Sequence record: NZ_CP064874.1
Origin: a plasmid
Reading direction: 5' to 3' (one strand)
DNA length: 64,000 nucleotides
Below are positions 47,311-55,610 of the stretch, in pieces (positions within the stretch are counted from its first letter, which is position 1; every line of letters starts with the position of its first letter). Position numbers and translations under genes: made by a program. The notes under the pieces are model-generated. The model ran no database searches. It was not told the DNA's origin and was given only the letters and a program-made list of their open reading frames with translations.

Positions 47311-48078
47311 TGCGGTGCGGCGGATGCCTACGGCGATGATGTGCGCCTTGGTGGGACGGGAGTAGAAGCCGAAGCTGTCGTCGTCGTCCGAGGCGGAGAC
47401 GGTTGCGGTGAATGCGACGACGTCGCCGCGCGTCGCGGAGGAGATCTCGGAGGGCTTGGTGCCCCACACGCGCCAGCCTTCGCCCTGGACGAGGATCTTG
47501 ACGGTGATGCCCCACTGGGTGTCGGTGGTCTTGGTTGCGAGGATCTCACCCTGGATGAGGGTGCGTCCCGTGGGGACGGGGCGGCGCGCTGCCAGCTCGC
47601 GCTCGAGCTGCTCGAGCAGCTCGTGGGCAGTGCGGACCTCATCGGCGTCGAGGGTGCCGGTGGAGTCCTCGAGCGAGTCGAGGAGGTAGCCGATCTTCTC
47701 GCGCAGCGGGTTGCCCTCCCGGATGCTCAGATGAGCTTCGGTGAGCTGGTCGCGCAGGCCGGGGTGCTCGGCCTCGAAGGCAGCGCGACGGGCGGTGATC
47801 GCGCGCGTCGTGTCGATGTGCTCGGCGTGCGCCTTCGCGTGGGCGCGGGCGGTGGCGCGAGCGCTGCTGACGAGCCGGCTGCGAGTGCCGGTGCCGTGGC
47901 AGTCGAAGCAGATCGGGCGACCGTGGCCATCGGTGAAGTGGGTGGGCCCGGTGTACAGGCCGGTGCCGATGCACTTGCCGCAGGTGTCGGTGATCCGCTC
48001 GGAGCCCTTGCGGCCGGGGAAGGGGTCGACGTAGAAGTCGTGCCAGTCTGCCGGTGCGGTGGTGTCGATGCTGTCCAT
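47308..48078 (-). CDS. hypothetical protein with CxxC…CxxC zinc-binding N-terminus
   Basis: MDSIDTTAPADWHDFYVDPFPGRKGSERITDTCGKCIGTG…CFDCHGTG…. First gene of a long minus-strand operon. Confidence 0.5.
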   Translation of the reverse strand: MDSIDTTAPADWHDFYVDPFPGRKGSERITDTCGKCIGTGLYTGPTHFTDGHGRPICFDCHGTGTRSRLVSSARATARAHAKAHAEHIDTTRAITARRAAFEAEHPGLRDQLTEAHLSIREGNPLREKIGYLLDSLEDSTGTLDADEVRTAHELLEQLERELAARRPVPTGRTLIQGEILATKTTDTQWGITVKILVQGEGWRVWGTKPSEISSATRGDVVAFTATVSASDDDDSFGFYSRPTKAHIIAVGIRRTA

Positions 48079-48099
48079 GGGATCCTCCGATGCGTCTGT

Positions 48100-48179
48100 G
48101 GGTATAGGCCGCGGATCGTTCTCTTCGCGGACATGAAGGGGAAGGTGCGGGGGCGGCTATGTCACGGAGCCGCCCCCGC
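48100..48179 (-). promoter_or_regulatory. conserved intergenic module, copy 4 (with terminator-like hairpin)
   Basis: Hairpin GCGGGGGCGGCTCCGTGACATAGCCGCCCCCGC, CATGTCCGCGAAGAG, 12 nt, CCTATACCCA, 10 nt, GGAGG, ATG (48078). Confidence 0.5.
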
Positions 48180-48343
48180 GGCGGCGACCTGGTTGGGAGG
48201 ACGGCGGTCGCCGTGAGGGACGGAGCGAAGAGCGCGGCGAGCGCTCGTCAGGCTGCGGTGTGGCGCCTGTCCCTGGGAGGGGAACGGCGTTGCGCGGTTC
48301 CCCTGGCTGTGGGTCTGTGGGGTCTCCCTCTACTCAGTTAGTA

Positions 48344-48389
48344 GTGAATGTGACATTCACAGAGTAGGGGGTTTCTGCGTGCGGGTCAA
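48344..48389 (-). promoter_or_regulatory. promoter plus palindromic operator, copy 6 (about 260 nt upstream of the 48078 start)
   Basis: TTGACC, 17 nt, TACTCT, GTGAATGTCACATTCACTA. It is separated from the gene by the hairpin and module in 48100..48179. Confidence 0.5.
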
Positions 48390-48416
48390 GCGTCGATCTT
48401 GTAGGGATCTTTCTGA

Positions 48417-48468
48417 AATGTCCATTTCGCAGTTGAAATGTCCACGCGATGTCCATATGGACATTTCG
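48417..48468. repeat. 52-bp direct repeat A containing palindrome ATGTCCATATGGACAT and extra ATGTCCA half-sites
   Basis: aatgtccatttcgcagttgaaatgtccacgcgatgtccatatggacatttcgg. A near-identical copy is at 50093..50144. Confidence 0.5.
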
Positions 48469-48601
48469 GACGCCGGCCGACCGTCGCGATCATGTGGGCG
48501 GCGGTTTCACAGCGCCTCAGCTTCTCTGCTGGATCGCGGCTAGCGCCCGGGTATTGTCGGCACGATGCCGTTGCCGCGTATCCGTTGTTGAAGGGGTGAG
48601 T

Positions 48602-49255
48602 ATGTCTGCTGTTGTTGCGCGACTTGACGTGGACCTCACGGATATTGAGTGCATTGTGAAGGTCACGCGGCCACTGGTCGGAGTACCGGACTCCGTGAAC
48701 TGGACGGAGTTGCCGTCGGGCGTCGCGAAGATCTCCGCTGACGCGACGTTGTACATCTTCGATGACGACGACGAGGGGGAGCCGGAGCGTCGTGTCATCG
48801 CGCGCGCTACTGCGTACACCGTCGACCTCGACCGGGTGGGTGACGTCGTTGACGTGTTCGATCAAGTAGGCGGCGAAGCATTCGAGATCACCGAGTCGAT
48901 TCTCGGTGATGAGAACGTCTTCGAGTGGCTCGACTCCCGCGATCCGCTGGTTGGCGAGCAGGTGTCGCAGCTCGTGATCGTCGAGGGCGTCTTTGTGGAG
49001 CCACCGTACCGGGGTCAGCGCCTTGGTCCACGTCTGCTCACGACGCTGGTGGAGACGGTGACCGGCACGGGGAGGGAGACTCTCATCGTTCTCCGCGCGC
49101 AACCGGTGCCGTGGGAGCACCTGTCCGAGATCGAGTTTCGGCGCTCCCGAAAGAAGGTCGCTGCGTCGTACGAAAGCGTCGGGTTTGCGCACTTCCGGGA
49201 CAACATCTATTGGCGTCACAACGCGTTCGTCGGGACCGAGAACCTCGAGGCGTGA
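48602..49255 (+). CDS. hypothetical protein (possible GNAT-like fold)
   Basis: Start taken at MSAVVARLDVDLTDIECIVKV. The ORF-track start 48449 lies in the palindrome. Confidence 0.45.
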   Translation: MSAVVARLDVDLTDIECIVKVTRPLVGVPDSVNWTELPSGVAKISADATLYIFDDDDEGEPERRVIARATAYTVDLDRVGDVVDVFDQVGGEAFEITESILGDENVFEWLDSRDPLVGEQVSQLVIVEGVFVEPPYRGQRLGPRLLTTLVETVTGTGRETLIVLRAQPVPWEHLSEIEFRRSRKKVAASYESVGFAHFRDNIYWRHNAFVGTENLEA

Positions 49256-49399
49256 GTCACGCCCCCGGGTATTTGGGAACCTTCAGGTCGACCTCCCCGG
49301 CCAGGTGGCGAGCGTCGTCGGGCGGGTCCAGTTGCGGCGGGCGGTGCGCTCCGTGGTGAGATCGTGCGGAGCGGCAACGATCCACACGGTCGCTTCCCG

Positions 49400-49485
49400 C
49401 GTCGATCAGATCCGACGAGCCCTCACTGACTATCACCACGATGGCTCACCAACGTCTACGACGAAGACAACCCGGCCGGATCCTC
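49400..49485. repeat. degenerate IS256-family terminal fragment (solo end)
   Basis: cactgactatcaccacgatggctcacc matches the sub-terminal hairpin region of the IS256 copy at 51822-51850 (about 25 of 29 positions). Confidence 0.3.
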
Positions 49486-49526
49486 CACCACACCAGGGGA
49501 CAGGACCATCAATCAAGAAGGGTTTC

Positions 49527-49856
49527 TCATGCAGTCAGCGCCTCGAGGATGAGACCGCGCACGTGATCAAAGTCGAGGTCGGCCGGAAGCTGGAGCCACG
49601 CGTTCTTCTGACCCTTGTAGTGTGTCCCGACGCCGGCGTCAACGAGAGCCGCCGTGCGCATTGGGTCAAGCTTCACCACCACCTGCCCGCCGCTGGTCAT
49701 GGCGCGCACGGCGCCACTGCTGCTTCCCGAGACGATGAGACTGCCGCGGTGGTTCCGTGACACACCGTCAAGCGCAGTCATCTCGTGAGCGATCGTGTCG
49801 AACACTTCATCCCCAGTCATCACGGTTCTCCCTTCATGCGCGGTCGACGACCCCAA
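49527..49856 (-). CDS. hypothetical protein
   Basis: 109-aa ORF; real start is perhaps MTGDEVFDTIAHEMTAL. Weak resemblance to small TfoX/YjbR-like DNA-binding proteins. Confidence 0.35.
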   Translation of the reverse strand: MGSSTAHEGRTVMTGDEVFDTIAHEMTALDGVSRNHRGSLIVSGSSSGAVRAMTSGGQVVVKLDPMRTAALVDAGVGTHYKGQKNAWLQLPADLDFDHVRGLILEALTA

Positions 49857-50092
49857 AGCGATCCCTACAGGTGGCCCTCAGAAGAAGTGTCCCACTCAGG
49901 CTCCTTCACGCGGAAGACCACGGCGCGCAACGCTTCGGGCGCAGAGCTGCGGATCAAGGCCGCCGGGTTACCGGCTCGCAAAACGTTGGAGGACTTCGAT
50001 TGGGATGCGCAGCGGAGGGCGCTCGCAGACCAGTTCTGACGACCGACAGCAGTTCATCGTCAGCCGGTTCCTACAGATGTCACGCTCCGAGT

Positions 50093-50144
50093 TGTCCATT
50101 TCGCAGGGGAGATGTCTACGCGATGTCCATATGGACCTTTCGGG
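50093..50144. repeat. 52-bp direct repeat B (copy of 48417..48468)
   Basis: gttgtccatttcgcaggggagatgtctacgcgatgtccatatggacctttcgg. Confidence 0.5.
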
Positions 50145-50222
50145 GCATTGGGGCGAGTCGCTTCGGTGGGATTCGCAAAAAACGTCGAGACGCCGACTGA
50201 CCGGCGCTCGTAGATTCGAAGC

Positions 50223-50507
50223 GTGTCCTCAGTCGTCCTTCCACTCACCGCTCAGCGGCATGCGGAACGTGTGAGCCGGGCACTTCACTGGATGGAGGAG
50301 CGTCTCGAGGAGCCGGTGACCCTCGCCGAGATCGCGGCGGTCGCTGGTCTTTCGCCGCATCACTTTCACCGCGTCTTCCGTGCGGTCGTGGGTGAGAACC
50401 CGAAAGCGCACCTGCGCCGGTTGCGGCTTGAGCGAGCGGTCTACCGACTCAAAGTCAGTACGGACACGGTGCTGCACATCGCGTTGGAATCGGCCGCGTC
50501 CGTTTGA
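50223..50507 (+). pseudogene. AraC/XylS-family HTH regulator fragment, truncated by IS256
   Basis: …VTLAEIAAVAGLSPHHFHRVFRAVVGENPKAHLRRLRLERAVYRL… The frame ends exactly at the IS256 terminus (50508). Confidence 0.5.
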
Positions 50508-51893
50508 GTGGTGGTCTTTCGCTTCGTTGCGATGATCAGCTGTCGTTAGTTTAGGCGGCGGTGATCTCGGGGAGTATCACCGCCTCGTCGATGGTGGGGG
50601 TGGTCGCGGTGAGCTCGGTCATGGAGGCTTCGGAGAAGTAGCGGCGGTCGGCGGCTTCCCATTCGTCGTGTTGCTCGACGAGGACGGAGCCGGCCAGGCG
50701 GAGCAGGGCGGCGTTGTTCGGGAACACGCCAACGACGTCGGTGCGGCGCTTGATCTCCCGATTGAGGCGTTCCAGCGGGTTCGTGGACCAGATCTGTCGC
50801 CAATGCCGGGCGGGGAACGCTTTGAACGCGAGGATGTCGTCACGGGCGTCGGTGAGCATCACGGCGGTCTTGGGGTGGACGCGCTCGATCATGCGCACGA
50901 CTTCGTCGAACTGGGCATCGATGTGCTCGGCGTCGGGTTGGGCGAAGATCGTGCGGATCACGCTGGCGACCATCTCCTGCCGGCCCTTCGGGAGGGCGGT
51001 CAGGACGTTGCGCATGAAGTGGACGCGGCAGCGCTGCCAGGCGGCGCCCTGCAACACGGTCGCTGCGGCCTTCTTCAGTCCGGCGTGGGCGTCGGAGATC
51101 ACCAGCTTCACCCCGCCCAGACCTCGTGTCTTCAACGAGCGCAGGAACTGCTTCCAGAACTCCTCGGTCTCGCTGTCTCCGACATCGAAGCCCAGCACGA
51201 CCCGCCGCCCGTCAGCGGCGACGCCGATCGCGACGACGACCGCCTGGGACACGACACGGTGGTCGATGCGGACCTTGCAGTAGGTCGCGTCGAGGAACAC
51301 GTAGGGGTAGGCGATGTCAGACAGCGAGCGGTCGCGGAACGATGCGACCTCGGCGTCGAGCCCTTGGCAGATGCGGGACACCTCGGACTTCGAGATGCCA
51401 GTGTCAGCGCCGAGCGCTTTGACGAGGTCATCGACCTTCCGGGTTGAGACGCCGTGGAGGTAGGCCTCCATCACGACCGCGAACAAGGCTTGGTCGACCC
51501 GGCGGCGCCGCTCCAGCAGCGACGGGAAGAACGACCCCTGCCGCAACTTCGGGATCCGCAACTCCAGATCCCCAGCCGTGGTCGACAGCACCCGCGGCCG
51601 GGAACCGTTGCGGGTAGTCGTGCGCTCGCTCGTGCGCTCGTAGGGGGCGGCGCCGATGAATGCGGCTGTCTCCGCGTCGATCAGCTCCTGGTAGAGCCGC
51701 TCGGTCGCGGCTCGGATGCGGTCGGTGGTGCCGGTGAGCTTCAGTTCCCCGAGCAGCTCGAGGAGGGCAGACTGGTCAAGAGCCATCGTGCGGTGTCGTC
51801 TTTCTGTGTGAGTTCTTGGTCGTTCTCACTGACCATCGCACGATGGCTCACCCCGTCGCGGTCACGACGCCGCGGGCCCGAAAGACCACCACC
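50508..51893 (-). mobile_element. IS256-family insertion sequence (about 1.39 kb)
   Basis: Terminal GTGGTGGTCTTTCG at 50508-50521 and its reverse complement at 51878-51892. Sub-terminal 12-bp-stem hairpin at 51788-51855. No clean 8-bp TSD. Confidence 0.7.
50551..51786 (-). CDS. IS256-family (Mutator-like) transposase
   Basis: 411 aa. …YPYVFLDATYCKVR…LVISDAHAGLKKA…CRVHFMRNVL… (DDE). Confidence 0.85.
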   Translation of the reverse strand: MALDQSALLELLGELKLTGTTDRIRAATERLYQELIDAETAAFIGAAPYERTSERTTTRNGSRPRVLSTTAGDLELRIPKLRQGSFFPSLLERRRRVDQALFAVVMEAYLHGVSTRKVDDLVKALGADTGISKSEVSRICQGLDAEVASFRDRSLSDIAYPYVFLDATYCKVRIDHRVVSQAVVVAIGVAADGRRVVLGFDVGDSETEEFWKQFLRSLKTRGLGGVKLVISDAHAGLKKAAATVLQGAAWQRCRVHFMRNVLTALPKGRQEMVASVIRTIFAQPDAEHIDAQFDEVVRMIERVHPKTAVMLTDARDDILAFKAFPARHWRQIWSTNPLERLNREIKRRTDVVGVFPNNAALLRLAGSVLVEQHDEWEAADRRYFSEASMTELTATTPTIDEAVILPEITAA

Positions 51894-52059
51894 CCGCGGG
51901 ACTCCAGGCCCGGTAGCCGGGGAACGACTGGGCCCGGCCGGTGAAACCATGCGCCCACTCGGTGAGATCGTCCAGCCGCCCCCTGTGCGTCAGGATGGGG
52001 TGAGACACCAGCACTGCTGACCTTCGCACTGCACGGGGCGAGAACGGACCAATACTGAG

Positions 52060-52464
52060 ATGACGATGACGGTTGCTGACGTCGGCACCGATGATGGGGC
52101 TATGGCTCCTCGTGCTGACCGGCCCAAGAGGCGGACGTTCACCGCCGAGTTCAAAGCGGCGATCCTGGCCGAGTACGACGCCGCGGACCGCTCTGGGCGT
52201 GGGGAGATCCTGCGCCGGGAGGGCCTGTACACCTCCCACATCATCGAGTGGCGCAAGGCCGCGGCCGCCGGCTCGCTGTCCGGGCTGGGCAGCAAGCCGC
52301 GGGACCGGCGCGAGCGGGAGCTGCAGGCGCTACGGGCCCGGGCGGAGAAGGCCGAGGCCGAGCTGGCCAAGACCAGGGCGGCGCTGGACCTGATGGGAAA
52401 AGCACACGCGCTCTTGGAGACGCTCTCCGAGAGCGCGGACAAGCCGCCGCGGTCGCCGCGGTGA
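52060..52464 (+). CDS. IS3-family transposase OrfA (HTH)
   Basis: …RRTFTAEFKAAILAEYDAADRSGRGEILRREGLYTSHIIEWRKA… with a leucine-zipper tail. A possible slippery site GGGAAAAG lies near 52410. Confidence 0.75.
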   Translation: MTMTVADVGTDDGAMAPRADRPKRRTFTAEFKAAILAEYDAADRSGRGEILRREGLYTSHIIEWRKAAAAGSLSGLGSKPRDRRERELQALRARAEKAEAELAKTRAALDLMGKAHALLETLSESADKPPRSPR

Positions 52465-53462
52465 TCAACCCGGCCGTCGACGGGCTGGCCGAGCACGTCG
52501 GCACCGCGGCTGCGTGCGCGCTGCTGGGTCGCTCCCGCGCCAGTCACTACCGGGCCAAGAACCCGCCACCGCCACGTCCACGGACACCGCGGCCGGCACC
52601 GGCGAACAAGCTGTCCGCCGCCGAGCGGGCCCACGTGCTGGCCGTGTTGACCAGCCAGCGGTTCGCGGACAAGTCGGTCGCCCAGGTCTGGGCCACGCTG
52701 CTGGACGAGGGCACCTACCTGTGCTCGATGTCCACGATGCACCGGATCCTGCGCGAGCACGACATGGCCGGGGAACGGCGCCGGCAGGCGAGCCACCCGC
52801 CCCGGACCCGGCCCGAGCTCGTCGCGACGGCGCCGGGGCAGGTGTGGAGTTGGGACATCACAAAGCTCAAGGGGCCGGAGCGGGGCGTGTACTACGACCT
52901 GTACGTCGTGCTCGACATCTTCTCCAGGTTCGTCGTGGGCTGGACCATCGCGGCCCGCGAGGACGCCGAGATCGCCAAGAACCTGCTCGAGCACGCCATG
53001 GGCATCCATGGCGTGCCGGAGGCGATCCACGCCGACCGCGGGACCTCGATGACCTCCAAACCGGTCGCTCAGCTGCTCGTCGACCTCGGGGTGGCCAGGT
53101 CGCACTCCCGCCCGCACGTGTCGAACGACAACCCTTACAGCGAGGCGGCGTTCAAGACGCTGAAGTACGCCCCGGTCTTCCCCGAGCGCTTCGGGTCCCT
53201 GGCCGACGCCGGCGCGTTCGCCGAGCAGTTCTTCGCCTACTACAACCACGAGCACCGCCACTGCGGGATCGGGCTGCACACCCCCGCCAGCGTCCACTTC
53301 GGCACCGCCGGGCAGGTCCGCGCCCAGCGCCAGGCCACCCTGGACGCGGCCTACGCCGCCCGTCCCGAGCGCTTCGGCCACCGCCGACCCCAGGCGCCCA
53401 AGCTGCCCGAGGCCGCCTGGATCAACCAGCCCTCACAGGAGGCCCTCATACAGACCGCCTGA
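52248..53462 (+). CDS. IS3-family transposase OrfB (DDE integrase; expressed as OrfAB)
   Basis: …WSWDITKLKGPERGVYYDLYVVLDIFSRFVVGWTIA…HADRGTSMTS…NPYSEAAFKTLKY…. Confidence 0.8.
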   Translation: MAQGRGRRLAVRAGQQAAGPARAGAAGATGPGGEGRGRAGQDQGGAGPDGKSTRALGDALRERGQAAAVAAVINPAVDGLAEHVGTAAACALLGRSRASHYRAKNPPPPRPRTPRPAPANKLSAAERAHVLAVLTSQRFADKSVAQVWATLLDEGTYLCSMSTMHRILREHDMAGERRRQASHPPRTRPELVATAPGQVWSWDITKLKGPERGVYYDLYVVLDIFSRFVVGWTIAAREDAEIAKNLLEHAMGIHGVPEAIHADRGTSMTSKPVAQLLVDLGVARSHSRPHVSNDNPYSEAAFKTLKYAPVFPERFGSLADAGAFAEQFFAYYNHEHRHCGIGLHTPASVHFGTAGQVRAQRQATLDAAYAARPERFGHRRPQAPKLPEAAWINQPSQEALIQTA

Positions 53463-53489
53463 CGGAATCTGTCTCACCCGCCTTGACAC

Positions 53490-53642
53490 TTTCCGGAAGA
53501 CCACGGCCTGCTCACTCGCACCGTCTACCCCGAGGTTCCCGCTCGCGTGGAGTACGAACTTACTGACCTCGGACACAGCGCAGCCGCCCCGTTGAAGCAT
53601 CTGCGCGACTGGGTTGAACACAACGTCGGAACCGACCAGTAG
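53490..53642 (+). pseudogene. HxlR-family regulator, C-terminal fragment abutting the IS3 right end
   Basis: HFPEDHGLLTRTVYPEVPARVEYELTDLGHSAAAPLKHLRDWVEHN is the characteristic HxlR wing and C-terminus. The N-terminal half is not found at the IS3 left flank. Confidence 0.5.
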
Positions 53643-54679
53643 CGACCCCCTCGGCGCTACATCGAGCCAGGAGTCCCGGCCTCCGCGTAATACCGCGTCA
53701 ACACAGACGAGGCGTCGCGGTCGCCGTCACCGGACACGACAGAGTTCAGCAGGTACCGGTACCCGTCACCGGTCGTCATCACCCTAATTGATAACGTCAC
53801 ACCTAGAAGGTGCGAAGTAACCGACGCGCGAGCACAGGAGCGCTTCTGTCATTTCGAAGGCGAGACTTCGCGCGATTGGGATTCGCCGGGCCATCCTTCT
53901 TCTCTTTCGTCGAACGTCACCGCAACACCGTGTCGCTGGGGTTCGTGAAATCTTCTTCCGGAAGCGAAACCCAGGTACTGCGCCATGAGGAACTCGCCGC
54001 AGCGATGCACAGGCGTTCGACAGTTCGGTCGCACGAACCGATCGTTTGTTAACGGACGGCACTGTACGTCGATCGAAAGTCGCGCCGACACCCCCTGCGA
54101 ATTCGCGTCGCGGGATAGTTTGCCAGGATCCGGCGATCAGCGTGGTGCGCATCAAGGAGGTGCGCAGCGGCCTCAGCACGAGGAGCCTGCCCGCGAGGCC
54201 GACCACCCCGCCCCTAGGAACGGTAGGAGTGCGACGTCGGGGCGAGCTGGGGGCCACCCCCCGAGACCGAAAGTAGCACCGCAGCGACGATAAGCGCCAC
54301 GCCAACCAGGGTGGTCGTCAGCTCCCCGACCAACGAACCGATCCATCCGCGTTCCTGGAGGTCTCGGAACATCCTTATGCTCAGCCCGAACGTTCCGTTC
54401 GAGCTGCGAACCGATCGTCTCGATGCGTCGTGGCAGACGCCTCAGCTGTCCACCGATGACCTGGAGTTGCACGCGGCCGTCGGCGAACATCTCCCTTGAG
54501 TCCATCGCCAGACGTATGAAATGAGGAGTTCGAGCAAGGGCCCGATCGACCAAGTCGTAGTCGGCAACGAGCTGGCACAGCGTTCCCTCGAGTGACACGA
54601 AGGAAACGACTGGCGTTCTCCTCCGCTGTTGGGGACGTCGGGTCGGCTGAAATAATGGCCGGGACGATACGGTGGCGAG

Positions 54680-55594
54680 TCAGAGCGCCGTGATCCACCG
54701 CGCGATCTCGTCAGCGATCTCGTCGCTATTGTCTTCGACCATCAGCGAGTGGCCGTTCCCAGCGAGAAGAGGCAGTTCGGACGACCAGAAGGTGACGGCG
54801 GCGCCCTGATCGGTGAGCCAGGCCACGATGTCCTGATCCAGCTGCGAGGGGTGGTCGGTATCGGCTCCACCCGTGAAGACGAGAATCGGCTTGTTCGTGA
54901 ACGCGTCGGTCGGCCCGATCCTCATTTGGCTCCCACCGATGTTCTGACGCTGATAAAGCATCCGGGCCGGGATCGGCCGAAGGGTGCGGCGGAACACCTC
55001 GATGCACTCGCGGGGGAACCGCCGGCTGGGTCCGATGGCCTTGTCGTTCACGAAGGCGCTTGTGGGTTCCCAGAAACCCATCTTCGGGATGGTCCAGTCG
55101 ATGGCCGCTCCACGGATGGAGACCTCCTGGTCGGACTCCCTCACGATCTCGGGCACCGCCTGTATATTTCCAGGCGGGCCCGGAGCGACGGCTACGAGCC
55201 CGTCGATGAGATCGCCATGCGTCTCTAGGAGGCGGAAGCCAATCGGACCTGCCATCGAGTGCACGACCAGCACGACGTTCCGGCCGAGACCAGAGAGGAA
55301 CACGCCCATCCCTCGGCACACGCTCTCATAGTCCAGCCGCGCAGACGCCGCACGATCATCGACGTGTTGGGCCGCCTCATAGGACAACCCCAGCCAGTCC
55401 ACCACCAGCACACCGTAGCCATGCGATACGAATCGTGCCGCCCAGCCCTGTCGGCCGTCGGGCGTCTCGAGATAGTACTCGTTCGAGGCACCACCCCCGT
55501 GCACGAGGACGATCCACCGAGCAGGCGCACCCGACGGCGCCAGTTCGGTGTACGAGATCGGCGCGACGTCGTCTGGGCGTGAAATCGAATCCAT
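54680..55594 (-). CDS. alpha/beta hydrolase
   Basis: Start MDSISRPDD. …IVLVHGGGAS… and nucleophile elbow VVHSMAGPIG. Confidence 0.7.
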   Translation of the reverse strand: MDSISRPDDVAPISYTELAPSGAPARWIVLVHGGGASNEYYLETPDGRQGWAARFVSHGYGVLVVDWLGLSYEAAQHVDDRAASARLDYESVCRGMGVFLSGLGRNVVLVVHSMAGPIGFRLLETHGDLIDGLVAVAPGPPGNIQAVPEIVRESDQEVSIRGAAIDWTIPKMGFWEPTSAFVNDKAIGPSRRFPRECIEVFRRTLRPIPARMLYQRQNIGGSQMRIGPTDAFTNKPILVFTGGADTDHPSQLDQDIVAWLTDQGAAVTFWSSELPLLAGNGHSLMVEDNSDEIADEIARWITAL

Positions 55595-55610
55595 AGCTTC
55601 CCCAGGCCTG

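Larger units (their letters stand above)
52001..53477 (+). mobile_element. IS3-family insertion sequence
   Basis: Ends TGAGACACCAG… and …CTGTCTCA. Contains orfA and orfB in a -1 arrangement. Confidence 0.65.

Noticed and set aside
1285-48360. CRISPR array made of the recurring palindromes
   Set aside because: The repeats are separated by 1.4 to 38 kb and not by 25-50-bp spacers. They sit at promoter positions. No cas genes are present.
53784-54305. 173-aa minus ORF and neighbouring ORFs in 53650..54680
   Set aside because: They have poor GC3 periodicity and runs of Arg/Pro, in a region of atypically low GC. No support as coding.
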